Assembly (NCBI GenBank): GCA_028864975.1
Contig: JAGWLG010000007.1
Span: forward strand, 60,842 to 124,841
DNA: 64,000 bases
Source of the DNA: Thermoplasmata archaeon
GTDB lineage: Archaea; Thermoplasmatota; Thermoplasmata; Lutacidiplasmatales; UBA184
Reading direction: 5' to 3'
In this document: piece by piece, positions 45,545 through 54,891 of the stretch
How positions within the stretch are numbered: position 1 is the stretch's first letter
Layout of the letters: each line of letters opens with the position of its first letter
Made by a program: the position numbers and the translations under genes
Notes under the pieces: model-generated
The model's database searches: none
The model's input: the letters and a program-made list of their open reading frames with translations, nothing else
What the model was told of the DNA's origin: nothing

Positions 45545-46876
45545 TCAGACCTCACGCGCGGCGTCGACCAGGTCTTGGAGCAAGGGGCGCCATCCCACCT
45601 TCATCGCCGCCCGCGCGCTGGAGAGCCCTGCTTTCATGAGCGAGGGCGGGCCTTGCGGAGTTGCCGTCATCCAATCGTGGAAGACCCCGGTCATCATCTC
45701 GGGGTACTCCGAGAAGATCCTCGAGTTCCATTTGACGCGGTCCATCCCCTCGAAGTGCTGAAAGTCCGGTAGGACGTTCGAGCGGATCAGCCGCTCACCG
45801 TAGGAGGCCAGCCCGCGCGCGGAGAAGTCCTTGGCCTTGATCGCCTCCAGCGCGGTCTCCGCCGCGAGGATCCCGCTACGTGCGGCATAGCTCATGCCCT
45901 GGATCACGATCCCGTTCGAGAAGACGAACCCCGCCGCGTCCCCGGCGATCATGAAGCCATCGCCCCAGAACTTGTCCGGCCGAGAGGAATATCCGTCGGG
46001 AATCAGCTTCGCCCCGTACTCGAGAAGTTCTCCCCCCCGGATCAGGGGCTCGATCGCCGGATGGAGCTTGAAGCGCTCGATGATCTCGTGTGTCGCGATG
46101 CCCCGTCCCTTGAGCGACCCCAGCTGGACGATGATGCCGAGCGACAAGGTGACGCGGTTGGTGTAGAGAAAGCCCCCGCCCATGACCCCGGGGGGGAGGA
46201 AGCCGAGCACCCACTCCTGCGCCCGCCCCTGAAGGCCATCGACCCCAAAGCGGTCCTCGAGGACCGACGGGTCGATCGAGAAGACCTCCTTGACCCCGAC
46301 CTCGCTATGGTCCTCCGGAAGGCGTTGCTGCCCGGAGTTCGCCCGGGGCGGATCCCCCTTGCGGATCGAGGTACCTATCGTGGTACGCGTGTTGTATCCA
46401 TCCGTCACGAGCGTCACCGGGGCGGTCATGACCTCCCCGCTCTGGACCACGCCCCGGACCTTCTCGCCCTCGAGGTGGAGCCGGTCCACGGGGACTGCGC
46501 TCACCAAGGTGGCGCCCGCTTCCTCTGCCTTCTTGGCCAGCCACGCATCGGTGCGTGAGCGAAGGACCGAGTGGGCATTGTAGGGCGGTCGGTCCCAACT
46601 GTCGTCGCGGTACTCGAAGCTCAGGGCCTTGTCTCGCGTCAGGAAACCGAACCTCTTCGAGATGATGTGCCGCTCGAGCGGCATCTCTTCCTGCCATTTC
46701 GGCAGGATCGGGTCGAGGTCGTGTCCCCACAAGATGCCGCCGGAGAGGTTCTTGGTACCGGGTTCGGCCCCTCGTTCGAGAAGAAGGGTGTTCGCTCCCC
46801 CTTGGGCGAGCCGGATCGCCGCGGCGCAGCCCGCGAACCCCGCGCCCACAACGATGGCATCGAAGTCGTCGCCCAT
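45545..46876 (-). CDS. fixC: FixC-like FAD-dependent oxidoreductase (ETF-linked)
   Basis: VVGAGFAG Rossmann motif, ERG..PGTKNLSGG, GVKEV, GGGFLYTN, YGAKLIPDG, GDAAG. Confidence 0.88.
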   Translation of the reverse strand: MGDDFDAIVVGAGFAGCAAAIRLAQGGANTLLLERGAEPGTKNLSGGILWGHDLDPILPKWQEEMPLERHIISKRFGFLTRDKALSFEYRDDSWDRPPYNAHSVLRSRTDAWLAKKAEEAGATLVSAVPVDRLHLEGEKVRGVVQSGEVMTAPVTLVTDGYNTRTTIGTSIRKGDPPRANSGQQRLPEDHSEVGVKEVFSIDPSVLEDRFGVDGLQGRAQEWVLGFLPPGVMGGGFLYTNRVTLSLGIIVQLGSLKGRGIATHEIIERFKLHPAIEPLIRGGELLEYGAKLIPDGYSSRPDKFWGDGFMIAGDAAGFVFSNGIVIQGMSYAARSGILAAETALEAIKAKDFSARGLASYGERLIRSNVLPDFQHFEGMDRVKWNSRIFSEYPEMMTGVFHDWMTATPQGPPSLMKAGLSSARAAMKVGWRPLLQDLVDAAREV

Positions 46877-46931
46877 CTCCTCTCGGGCGAGAGGGGAGGA
46901 GCGATAAAACCGACCGGCCCGATGTCCGTCT

Positions 46932-47678
46932 TTACTTCACGGGGGGGAGGATGCCTCGGAGGCGCTGCTGACCTTCCTCGATGGTCCGCTCGAACTCGAT
47001 GGGCTTGGGAACCCCGGCCCACTGCTCGTTCCCCATGGCCTGCCCGCTGCCGCCGAACTCCGCGCTGATCTTGACCATGCCGTAGCGCAGAAGGCGCTGC
47101 CACACGCGCTGGCTGACGTCGACCCCGCGGATCTGGAGGAGCTGCACTTCGTCGAAGTCCTTGCCCAGGATCCCCTTCTGGCGAATGACCCGGGTGTTCG
47201 TGACCACGTATACGGTGCTCGCGTAACGGAGCCAGTGGATCCCGAAATCGATGACCCCCAGCATGAGGAGGAGCACGGCCGTGATCTCATACGCGTGGGC
47301 CAAGAGCGACCCGGACGCGGCGGACCCCAAAGGTCCCGGGAGAGCGGGGAGAAAGGAAGGGCCCCCCGACACGGTCCGGAAGATCACGGCATCGAGCACG
47401 ATGATGAGCACGAGAATAAGGGTGGGGAGCGGAAGGTAGTACCACCGGGTAGGCCGGGTCTCCCAGAGGAGCTTCTCCCCCTGGACCATGTACGTCGCCT
47501 TGAGCAGACGAGGGAGCTTCGTGTACGAGGTGGTCGAAGGGCGTGGGATTTCGGGGATGACCGGAGCGGGCGGCACCGGGGAAGCCGAAAGGTCGACCGA
47601 GGACGATGCGCCTGGGGGCGGGGTCGGTGGCTGGGTGCTAGCGACTCCGGGGAGGGGAGGAGGACTGGGGACGCCCAT
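46932..47678 (-). CDS. Membrane protein with bacterial PH (bPH_2/YdbS-like) domain
   Basis: Pro-rich N-terminus, GEKLLWETRP, two TMs, YVVTNTRVIRQKGIL...IRGVDVSQRVWQRLLRYG. Confidence 0.85.
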   Translation of the reverse strand: MGVPSPPPLPGVASTQPPTPPPGASSSVDLSASPVPPAPVIPEIPRPSTTSYTKLPRLLKATYMVQGEKLLWETRPTRWYYLPLPTLILVLIIVLDAVIFRTVSGGPSFLPALPGPLGSAASGSLLAHAYEITAVLLLMLGVIDFGIHWLRYASTVYVVTNTRVIRQKGILGKDFDEVQLLQIRGVDVSQRVWQRLLRYGMVKISAEFGGSGQAMGNEQWAGVPKPIEFERTIEEGQQRLRGILPPVK

Positions 47679-47904
47679 CGCCGTTCGATGGGAGAAGCGG
47701 TGTCTTATAGCTACCTCCTCGACTTGACAGGTCACTCGAGGGAAGTCGACCCTCGAGTGACTCATCACCTCTCGGCGTAAGGTCTATTTCGACCCTCGGC
47801 GATTCTTCCCTCAGTCCCCGGCGTTTCGGGGACGGCAGGTCTCCATCCCGCTTCCCGAGGAATCCGCGAATGAGCGAACCGAGGTCACGGTCAGTCGTGC
47901 CCCG

Positions 47905-48032
47905 TTGATACTGTTGGATTGTAAGAGCTGTGGGGCGAGGATCCACCCGAGCACATCCGTAATGGGTTCGCCAAGTGTGCCTACTGGAGGGCCCATAACG
48001 CGCTCGTGGTCGACGGGTACGTCATGGCCTGA
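47905..48032 (+). pseudogene. Degenerate small zinc-ribbon gene
   Basis: LILLDCKSCGARIH in one frame continues, after a 1-nt shift near 47948, as EHIRNGFAKCAYWRAHNALVVDGYVMA-stop. The second CxxC reads CAYW. Confidence 0.45.
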
Positions 48033-48065
48033 AGCTTACAGAATGGCGAGCTGGGGGGGGAGAGC

Positions 48066-48686
48066 CTGAAGTTCGAGATTTCGCCCGGGATCGTCCCTTC
48101 GGTCCTCGCCACCCTCGGTCCAGGCGAAGCGGTCTACGCGGAGCATGGGGTCGTCCTCTGGAAGGAGGCCCCGGTGAAGGTCGATCGCAAGACGATCAAG
48201 AGCGGCGGAATCCTATCTTCCGCGAAGCGCTACACCGTGGGGGGGATTCCCTTCTTCCTTACCGAGTTCCAAGGGCCCGGCATGGTCAGCTTCTCCCGCG
48301 ACGGGGTAGGGGAGCTCCGGGAACTGGAGCTGAAGAACGGCGAGACCCTGGAAGTGGGGGAGGGCTCACTAGTTTGCGCCACCGCCGAGGTTCGGTACGA
48401 GGCCATCTACGTTTCAGGTACGGCGGGCCGAATGGGGATCTGGATGGACCAGTTCACCGGGCCCGGTCACATCGTCATCCACGCCAATGGGAACCTCGTG
48501 ACCATGAACCTGCAAGCTGGGGAGAAGGTCGTGTGCGAGAAGCGGGCGATCCTCCACAAGACCCCGACGATGAAGCTCACGCCCTTCATCCAGAAGGTAG
48601 GGGAAGGGCTGCGCGGGACCGCGATGTCCCAGGAAATGTACGAGATTGAAGGACCGGGGCGTGTCGCTCTGCAGACGGGGAGGTGA
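48066..48686 (+). CDS. AIM24 (TIGR00266-like) family protein, copy 1; start at CTG or via G8 slippage
   Basis: LKFEISPGIVPSVLATLGPGEAVYAEHG aligns with the N-terminus of copy 3. GGIPFFLTEFQGPGMVSF, GPGHIVIHANG and GPGRVALQT motifs. No in-frame ATG/GTG/TTG between the stop at 48030 and 48174. Confidence 0.85.
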   Translation: MKFEISPGIVPSVLATLGPGEAVYAEHGVVLWKEAPVKVDRKTIKSGGILSSAKRYTVGGIPFFLTEFQGPGMVSFSRDGVGELRELELKNGETLEVGEGSLVCATAEVRYEAIYVSGTAGRMGIWMDQFTGPGHIVIHANGNLVTMNLQAGEKVVCEKRAILHKTPTMKLTPFIQKVGEGLRGTAMSQEMYEIEGPGRVALQTGR

Positions 48687-48691
48687 ACCTC

Positions 48692-48790
48692 GTGAAGGTC
48701 GACCACCTCGAGGAGGTCCCCCCGGTTCTGCATCATCGCGACTCCGACCTGCTGAAAGGGGGAACCGAAGGCGGCGGGGGCGTCGGATGA
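48692..48790 (+). pseudogene. 32-codon relic of an AIM24 paralog N-terminus
   Basis: VKVDHLEEVPPVLH matches MKFDHLGDVAPVLL of the next gene at protein and DNA level. It has its own GGAGGTGA SD and ends in an ATGA overlap with the next gene. Confidence 0.7.
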
Positions 48791-49449
48791 AGTTCGACCA
48801 CCTGGGCGATGTGGCGCCGGTTCTGCTCTTGGACATCGCGGAGGACGAGGGGGCTATCGTTCCGATCGGCTCGGTTCGGTACCGTGACCCCAGTATCAAC
48901 GTTGACCGACTGAAACTGGTGCTCCCGAGGCCGATGCCCGGCGAGATTGGGAACATCTCGGAGTACTTCGAGGTCCTTGAGGGACCGGGCACCGCCACGG
49001 TCTCGACGGGGCGAATCGGCGAGGTCCGCGTGATGGAGTTGGCTCCAAGGCAGAGCCTCTACCTGCACAGTGGCGCGGTCCTGGGTCGCGATGCCCGGAC
49101 AGACTTCCGCCGGGTCTCCGTAGCGAGCTATCCTCTCCCTCACTCGGTGGACCTGGGATACTTCGTGGTCGCCCAGATCACGGGACCAGGCCTGGTCGCT
49201 TTCCAGACCCAGGGCAACGTGCTCTCATTCGATATTGCCCCCGGAGAACGTATCCGGGCCCCCCCACACTCCGTCGTCGCGATTCTGCCGGGAATCCGAA
49301 TGAAGGTCCAGGTCTACGGGGGACCACCGGACTTTCCCCCCCTGCACTACTTCTCCCTTGTCGAGTTCACGGGGCCAGGGAAGGTACTCCTTCACAGCGG
49401 GCGGTCCCTCCTCAAGAGCGGAGACGTGTTGGCGGGAAGCGCAGAATGA
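48787..49449 (+). CDS. AIM24 family protein, copy 2 (divergent)
   Basis: LEGPGTATV, ITGPGLVAFQTQG, FTGPGKVLLHS repeats. Confidence 0.82.
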   Translation: MKFDHLGDVAPVLLLDIAEDEGAIVPIGSVRYRDPSINVDRLKLVLPRPMPGEIGNISEYFEVLEGPGTATVSTGRIGEVRVMELAPRQSLYLHSGAVLGRDARTDFRRVSVASYPLPHSVDLGYFVVAQITGPGLVAFQTQGNVLSFDIAPGERIRAPPHSVVAILPGIRMKVQVYGGPPDFPPLHYFSLVEFTGPGKVLLHSGRSLLKSGDVLAGSAE

Positions 49450-50093
49450 AGCTCGAGGTCCAAGGAGGATACGTTCCCAATATCTTATGTCAGCTCAGCC
49501 CTGGTGAAGAGGTGTTCTGCGAAGCCGGAATCCTGGTCTACTGCGACCCGACCATCCGCTTCCACATGCGTCCTTTCACCAGGGGGGGAGCCGGCGCCAC
49601 CCTGAAGCGCACGGTCATCGGTGGGATTCCCTACCGTCTTCAGGTCTTCAGCGGCCCAGGGTACGCGGCCTTCAGTCGGTGCGGTCCAGGGGAGGTACGG
49701 ATCCTCGAGCTCGCCCCTGGCGAGACGGTGGAGGTGGCCGAACATTCGTTGTTGCTCGCGAGCGCGTCAGTGAAATACGATGTCTTCTACGTCAAAGGGA
49801 CCGGTCGGGTTGGCAGGATGGTCGGCTTCTGGATGGATCGCTTGACCGGCCCGGGGACCATCGCCATCCACGGGCACGGGAACATTCAGAGCTTCGAGCT
49901 GCCCCCGACGGAGGTCTTCGACGTGGACCACGGCGCGGTGCTGCTAAAACACGACTCAGTCCGGTTGGAAGCGTTCAACCAACCAATCGGCCAGGACCTC
50001 TTGGGTAGAGCGATGAGCTACGAGGCGCTCCGGGTGCGCGGTCCTGGGAAGCTCCTGCTGCAGACCTTGGACCCAACGCACTCCGAGCGCTAG
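49446..50093 (+). CDS. AIM24 family protein, copy 3
   Basis: LSPGEEVFCEAG, FSGPGYAAF, LTGPGTIAIHGHG, GPGKLLLQT. ATGA overlap. Confidence 0.88.
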   Translation: MKLEVQGGYVPNILCQLSPGEEVFCEAGILVYCDPTIRFHMRPFTRGGAGATLKRTVIGGIPYRLQVFSGPGYAAFSRCGPGEVRILELAPGETVEVAEHSLLLASASVKYDVFYVKGTGRVGRMVGFWMDRLTGPGTIAIHGHGNIQSFELPPTEVFDVDHGAVLLKHDSVRLEAFNQPIGQDLLGRAMSYEALRVRGPGKLLLQTLDPTHSER

Positions 50094-50252
50094 GGGCGCG
50101 ATACCCCTCGCGCCGCCTCGGTGAGCGGAGAAGTCGAAACGGCGGTGGGCCGCTCCGTGGGAGACGCCCTCGTGTCAAAGGTCATGGGCGTACCCCTCCA
50201 AGGGCGCTTCGAGCTCCGCCTTAAAAAGGCCCCATGGGTCCCTGGGCGTTCC

Positions 50253-51119
50253 ATGGGCGTCACCGACTGCCACGTCCACATCAACCCCTTTGATGAGATG
50301 CTCCCTGCCGCACGCAAGACCATCTCGGCCCACCATCGGGATTTTGCTCAGGTCGAACGGTTCCTCGAGGACCCCCGACTGTTCCTGGCCTACATGGACC
50401 GCTGTGGGGTGGAACGCTCCGTCCTGGTCAACTACGTGAGCCCGGAGGTCGTTGGGTACTCGGAGAAGGCGAACGACTTCGTGGCCCGATATGTCAGGAC
50501 CGACCCTGAACGGTTGATCGCTGTCGGGTCGGTCCACCCGCGGCGGCACCCGGACCCCTTGCGCGCTCTCTGGGAACTGAAGCAGCAGGGCATCCGCGGG
50601 ATCAAGCTCCACCCTCCGCACCAGCTGTTCGCTCCCAACGAGCACCTCGCGGAGCGAGGGGCGAACGAGCGCCTGGCCGCCCTCTATCGAGGCTGTCAGG
50701 AGCTCAAGCTTCCCATCATCTTCCATACCGGCACCTCGATCTTTCCCGGGGCGAGGAACCGCTTCGCGGAACCCATGCTGATCGAGGACGTGGCGGTCGA
50801 CCATCCGGACCTGACCATCGTGCTCGCGCACGGCGGCCGCCCTTTCTGGACCGAGCAGGCGATGTTCCTCTGTCGCAGGTTCTCGAACGTCTACCTCGAG
50901 GTCTCGGGAGTTCCACCGGAGAAGCTTCTGACCTACTTCCCGGACCTGGAGCGGCTCTCGGAGCGGGTCCTCTTCGGCAGCGACTGGCCCGGTCCTGGGG
51001 TCAAGGACGTTTTGGACAATCTGTCGCGTTTCGAGAAAAGCGGCCTCTCGGACGAAGCTCGCGAGCGGATCCTCCGGAAGAACCCGGAGACGGTGTTCCC
51101 CAGAATACACCCCGCTTGA
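50253..51119 (+). CDS. Amidohydrolase family 2 (metal-dependent TIM barrel)
   Basis: DCHVH, GIKLHP, FHTG, LAHGG, FGSDWP. TTAAAAA at 50221-50227 suggests a leaderless start at 50253. Confidence 0.9.
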   Translation: MGVTDCHVHINPFDEMLPAARKTISAHHRDFAQVERFLEDPRLFLAYMDRCGVERSVLVNYVSPEVVGYSEKANDFVARYVRTDPERLIAVGSVHPRRHPDPLRALWELKQQGIRGIKLHPPHQLFAPNEHLAERGANERLAALYRGCQELKLPIIFHTGTSIFPGARNRFAEPMLIEDVAVDHPDLTIVLAHGGRPFWTEQAMFLCRRFSNVYLEVSGVPPEKLLTYFPDLERLSERVLFGSDWPGPGVKDVLDNLSRFEKSGLSDEARERILRKNPETVFPRIHPA

Positions 51120-51145
51120 AATAGTCCGACCGGTTCGGCGCCCTC

Positions 51146-51622
51146 GTGCCGGACGAGGGGACCCCACCCCAGAAAGCTGTCGCTCCAGAACCAGGGGCAC
51201 CCCCCGAGACGGGGAGGGAGGCCGGTCCCGCGCCTCCGGAGGCCAAGCTCGAGCCCGGAATGAAGTCCATCGATGGCGGGGAGGAGATCGGCCGGCTCCC
51301 GCTCCCGCGTCGGGACCGTGGAGAGATCTACGCGGTCTCGAACCAGCTACTGGGAGCAGCGCGCATCCGCGTGATGTGCGAGGACAACATCTCTCGCATG
51401 GGCCGGATCACGGGCAAGATGAAGAAGAAGATGTGGATCCGGGAGGGGGACCTCCTCATCATCCGACCCTGGGGTTTCCAGGAAGGGAAGGCCGACATCC
51501 TCTTCCGGTACAGCAGGACCCAGTCGAACTACCTCTCGCGTCACAAGATCCTGCCCGCCTCCGTGGACTTCTTCGGCGGCGACCTGCCGCCCGAGCCCGA
51601 GCGACCGCGCCGGAGACGCTGA
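51146..51622 (+). CDS. eif1a: Translation initiation factor aIF-1A
   Basis: LLGAARIRVMCED..SRMGRITGKMKKKMWIREGDLLII.PW, with extended Pro-rich N-terminus. Confidence 0.93.
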   Translation: MPDEGTPPQKAVAPEPGAPPETGREAGPAPPEAKLEPGMKSIDGGEEIGRLPLPRRDRGEIYAVSNQLLGAARIRVMCEDNISRMGRITGKMKKKMWIREGDLLIIRPWGFQEGKADILFRYSRTQSNYLSRHKILPASVDFFGGDLPPEPERPRRRR

Positions 51623-51629
51623 CCCTGAG

Positions 51630-53162
51630 ATGGCCGACCGCCCCCTCGGCCCCGAGGAGGTCGAGGTCCTCGAGGCGAACGCGGTCGCCCGTGGGATGAC
51701 CATCGACCACCTCATGGACAATGCCGGTCATGTGGTCGCCGAGGAGGCGAAGCTCCACCTCCCCCCGCCGCCGTCCCCCGTCGGCATCCTCTGCGGCCTA
51801 GGGAACAATGGAGGAGATGGGCTGGCGGCCGCTTCGGTCCTCGCGGCCGAGGGGTACCAGCCTCGGGTATGGCTCCTGGGAGAGCCCTCCAAGATCCGCA
51901 CGGCCGCGGCCCGGCGCCGATGGGACCTCGTCGCGGGCCTCCGGTACGTTCGCCAGGGGGTTCCTTCGGTCTCCGACCTGAAGGGGCTACCGGTCGTCGT
52001 CGACGCGATGCTGGGCTCGGGAGGGAAGGGCGAACCTCGCGAGCCCTACAAGAGCGCGGTGGAGGCTCTGGCGGCCTCCGGAACGAAGGTGCTCTCGGTC
52101 GACCTCCCCACCGGGCTCGGCAGCCCGCTCTCGGTCCGCGCGGTCTGGACGGTGGCGCTGGAGGTCCGCAAGCAGGGGATGGACAACTCGGCCTGCGGGG
52201 AGGTCACGGTCCGCTCGATCGGGATGCCCCCTGAGGCGCATCGAGAGACGGGGGTGGGGGAGTTCGCGTTCTTCCCCATACCGCCGCCGAGCGTTCGGAA
52301 GAGCGACGCGGGCAGGGTCGTGGTCGTGGGAGGAGGCCCCTACGCCGGCGCCCCCTATCTTGCGGGCATGGGCGCGCTCCGAGGAGGGGCCGACATGGTC
52401 TTCGTGGTCGTGCCCGGGGGCATCCAGGACACGGTTCAAGGGTACTCTCCCGAGCTCATTGTGAGGGGGGTCGGAAGGGGGAGGGCGTTTACCTCGGAGG
52501 ACACCGCCGCGCTCCAGAAGCTCGTGGAATCGATACGACCGACGGCACTTCTCGTGGGGAACGGTCTCGGAGACGCCCCCGAGACCTTGACGGCCGTGGA
52601 GCGGTTGTTGGGCTGGGCGCTCCCTTCGATGCGCTGCGCCGTCGATGCGGATGGACTTCGCGTGTTGCCGCGAAGAGCGCAGCGACCCTTCGCGGCCCAG
52701 TCCCCGGATCGGCTCCTCCTCACCCCGAACCGAAGGGAGTTCGTCCACCTCTCCGACGTCGAGGGGCGTGCCTACGAGGAACCCAGCGAAGAGGACGTGC
52801 GGAGGAACGCCCGTCGCCTCGAGGCGACGCTGCTCGTGAAGGGCCCTACGGACCTCATCTCGGACGGCGAGAGCTACAAGCTCAACAGGACGCATCACCC
52901 CGCCATGGTCGTCGGAGGGGCCGGCGACGTTCTTGCCGGGCTCTCCACCTCCCTCCTGGCGCGGGGACTCTCGCCGTACACCGCGGCGCGGCTGTCTTCC
53001 TTCTGGCTGGGCCGGGCATCGCTCGAGGCCTTCGACAGGGTCTCGCATGCCCTGCTTCCGACCGACCTGCTCTTGTCGCTCGGACCGGCGCTGAAACGCG
53101 GCCTGGACGAGCTGCGCCGGGTGACCGACCCGGGACGGCCCGCTCGCGCGGCTCACGAGTAA
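51630..53162 (+). CDS. nnr: Bifunctional NAD(P)H-hydrate epimerase/dehydratase
   Basis: LMDNAG, GNNGGDG, VDLPTG, GPYAGAP, VDADG, TPNRRE, GAGDVLAG. Confidence 0.92.
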   Translation: MADRPLGPEEVEVLEANAVARGMTIDHLMDNAGHVVAEEAKLHLPPPPSPVGILCGLGNNGGDGLAAASVLAAEGYQPRVWLLGEPSKIRTAAARRRWDLVAGLRYVRQGVPSVSDLKGLPVVVDAMLGSGGKGEPREPYKSAVEALAASGTKVLSVDLPTGLGSPLSVRAVWTVALEVRKQGMDNSACGEVTVRSIGMPPEAHRETGVGEFAFFPIPPPSVRKSDAGRVVVVGGGPYAGAPYLAGMGALRGGADMVFVVVPGGIQDTVQGYSPELIVRGVGRGRAFTSEDTAALQKLVESIRPTALLVGNGLGDAPETLTAVERLLGWALPSMRCAVDADGLRVLPRRAQRPFAAQSPDRLLLTPNRREFVHLSDVEGRAYEEPSEEDVRRNARRLEATLLVKGPTDLISDGESYKLNRTHHPAMVVGGAGDVLAGLSTSLLARGLSPYTAARLSSFWLGRASLEAFDRVSHALLPTDLLLSLGPALKRGLDELRRVTDPGRPARAAHE

Positions 53163-53776
53163 CGCACTCGACCCTGGATCTCCTTGGCCCTCGCCTCGAC
53201 GGCAGCACATCCGGTCGGGAACGCCGACCGATACCCCGTCAGGAACCTCTCGTAGAGCTCCTCCCGGTCCGGGCAGAGCGTGTTGAGGTCCTCGCGAACG
53301 AGGTGGAGGTCGATCCCCAACTCCTCTATCCCCGGAGATCGACTGCCCAAAGAGAGGTCGAGGAAGGCGACGTCGCCATCGCACCAAAGAACGTTCGAGG
53401 CGGTGAGATCGCCATGGGCGACACCGGCCGCATGCAGCTTGCCAAGAGCTTGGCCCCAGCGTTCCACGCATCGGGCACGGGTGGCGTCCCGCGGCGCCGA
53501 CGACGTCAGGACCTCGGAGAGGGTCGGACCGTCGAGCCACTCCAGGAGGAGCGAGGAGCCTTCGAGTTCGACGTCGAGCACGATTGGGGTCCGGATGCCC
53601 GCTCTGCGGGCCTCTCGAAGCAGACGGACCTCGGTACGGAGCCTCTCGCCCCGTAGCCGCTGGTCCAAGGCGGGATCGCGGTAGCCCTTCACGAAGCGGT
53701 GCTTTCGCACTGCTCTTACGCCCAGGATGTCCTCGGCCGTGACCACCGCTTCCGCGCCCTCGGCGAGCCGGCTCAT
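53153..53776 (-). CDS. bud32: KEOPS kinase Bud32 (stand-alone)
   Basis: GAEA, K.RFVKGYR.P.LD..LR..R...E, HGDLTASN, FLDLSLG, DLHL, RVRY. Confidence 0.92.
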   Translation of the reverse strand: MSRLAEGAEAVVTAEDILGVRAVRKHRFVKGYRDPALDQRLRGERLRTEVRLLREARRAGIRTPIVLDVELEGSSLLLEWLDGPTLSEVLTSSAPRDATRARCVERWGQALGKLHAAGVAHGDLTASNVLWCDGDVAFLDLSLGSRSPGIEELGIDLHLVREDLNTLCPDREELYERFLTGYRSAFPTGCAAVEARAKEIQGRVRYS

Positions 53777-53805
53777 CGATTCCCCTCGGCCCCCTCAGGG
53801 ACCCC

Positions 53806-54891
53806 TCAGCCTCTCCGGGAGGAGGATGCAAGAGCGCTTGGCTGCTGCATGGAAGCGCAGTGGATCGTCCCGAGTCCGTAGACCATGTCCTTGCAAGGGA
53901 CCCCGAGAACTTGACGGTCTGGGAAGAGTCGTTGAAGGACCTGCAGGGCCTCCGCGTCGTGAGGATGGTCGAACACCGGCACGAGCACGACACGGTTAGC
54001 GATGTAGAAGTTGGCGTAGCTCGCGGGGAGCCTTCCCTCCGCATCGCCGACAATGCCGGGCATGGGGATCGGGACGACCCTGAGACTCCGCCCGTCCTGA
54101 TCCGCGGCCCTCCGGAGCCTCTCGAAGTTCTCCTCGAGCACCCTTCGGTTCGTGCCGGACTCCTCTTCGTCGAACGCGCAGACGACCGTGGTCGGGTCGA
54201 CGAAGCGCGCGAGGTCGTCGATGTGTCCGTCGGTGTCGTCACCCTCCAACCCTTCGGGCAGCCAGACCACATGGGAGGCCCCGAGGAAGTCAAAGAGGAG
54301 CCGCTCGACCCTCGCTTTCTCAACGCTCCCGTTCCGGTTGGGGTTCAGCAGGCATTGCTCCGTCGTCAGCAGCGTGCCTCGACCGTTGACATCGATCGAT
54401 CCTCCCTCAAGGACGTACCCGGTCTCGAGAAGATCTACCCCAAGGGAGGGCCGAAGTTGGTGCGCGACCCCGTTGTCCGCCTTGTGTCCCTCGTACTTCC
54501 CTCCCCAGGCGTTGAACGTCCACTTGATCCCCGCGAGCTTCCCTGTCGAGCGGTTCTGCACGAAGAGCGGGGCATAGTCGCGGACCCACACGTCGGCGTA
54601 GTCGACGACGTGCGTGCGAAGGTTCGCGAGATCAACGTCCGACCTCTTCAGCTGAGAGAGGGCGCGCTCCCGCATCGCCGGGTCCTTCACCAGCAGGTCG
54701 ACCCGCTCGCCCGGTAGGAGGGCGGAGATGATCTTGACGTAGCTCTCCTCCACGGACTCGATCCGGTCCGGGAACGTGATAGGGTCGTGCGGCCAAGCGA
54801 GCCAGGTCGCCTCGTGGGGCTCCCACTCTGCCGGAAGGATGTAGCCAAGCTCTCGCGGCGAGACCGCGGGGCGCAGGCTTGCCGGGGCCAC
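53806..54891 (-). CDS. aguA: Agmatine deiminase
   Basis: PAEWEPHEATW, WVRDYAP, LEGGSIDVNG, DDTDGHID, GTIHCASMQQP. Confidence 0.93.
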   Translation of the reverse strand: MAPASLRPAVSPRELGYILPAEWEPHEATWLAWPHDPITFPDRIESVEESYVKIISALLPGERVDLLVKDPAMRERALSQLKRSDVDLANLRTHVVDYADVWVRDYAPLFVQNRSTGKLAGIKWTFNAWGGKYEGHKADNGVAHQLRPSLGVDLLETGYVLEGGSIDVNGRGTLLTTEQCLLNPNRNGSVEKARVERLLFDFLGASHVVWLPEGLEGDDTDGHIDDLARFVDPTTVVCAFDEEESGTNRRVLEENFERLRRAADQDGRSLRVVPIPMPGIVGDAEGRLPASYANFYIANRVVLVPVFDHPHDAEALQVLQRLFPDRQVLGVPCKDMVYGLGTIHCASMQQPSALASSSRRG

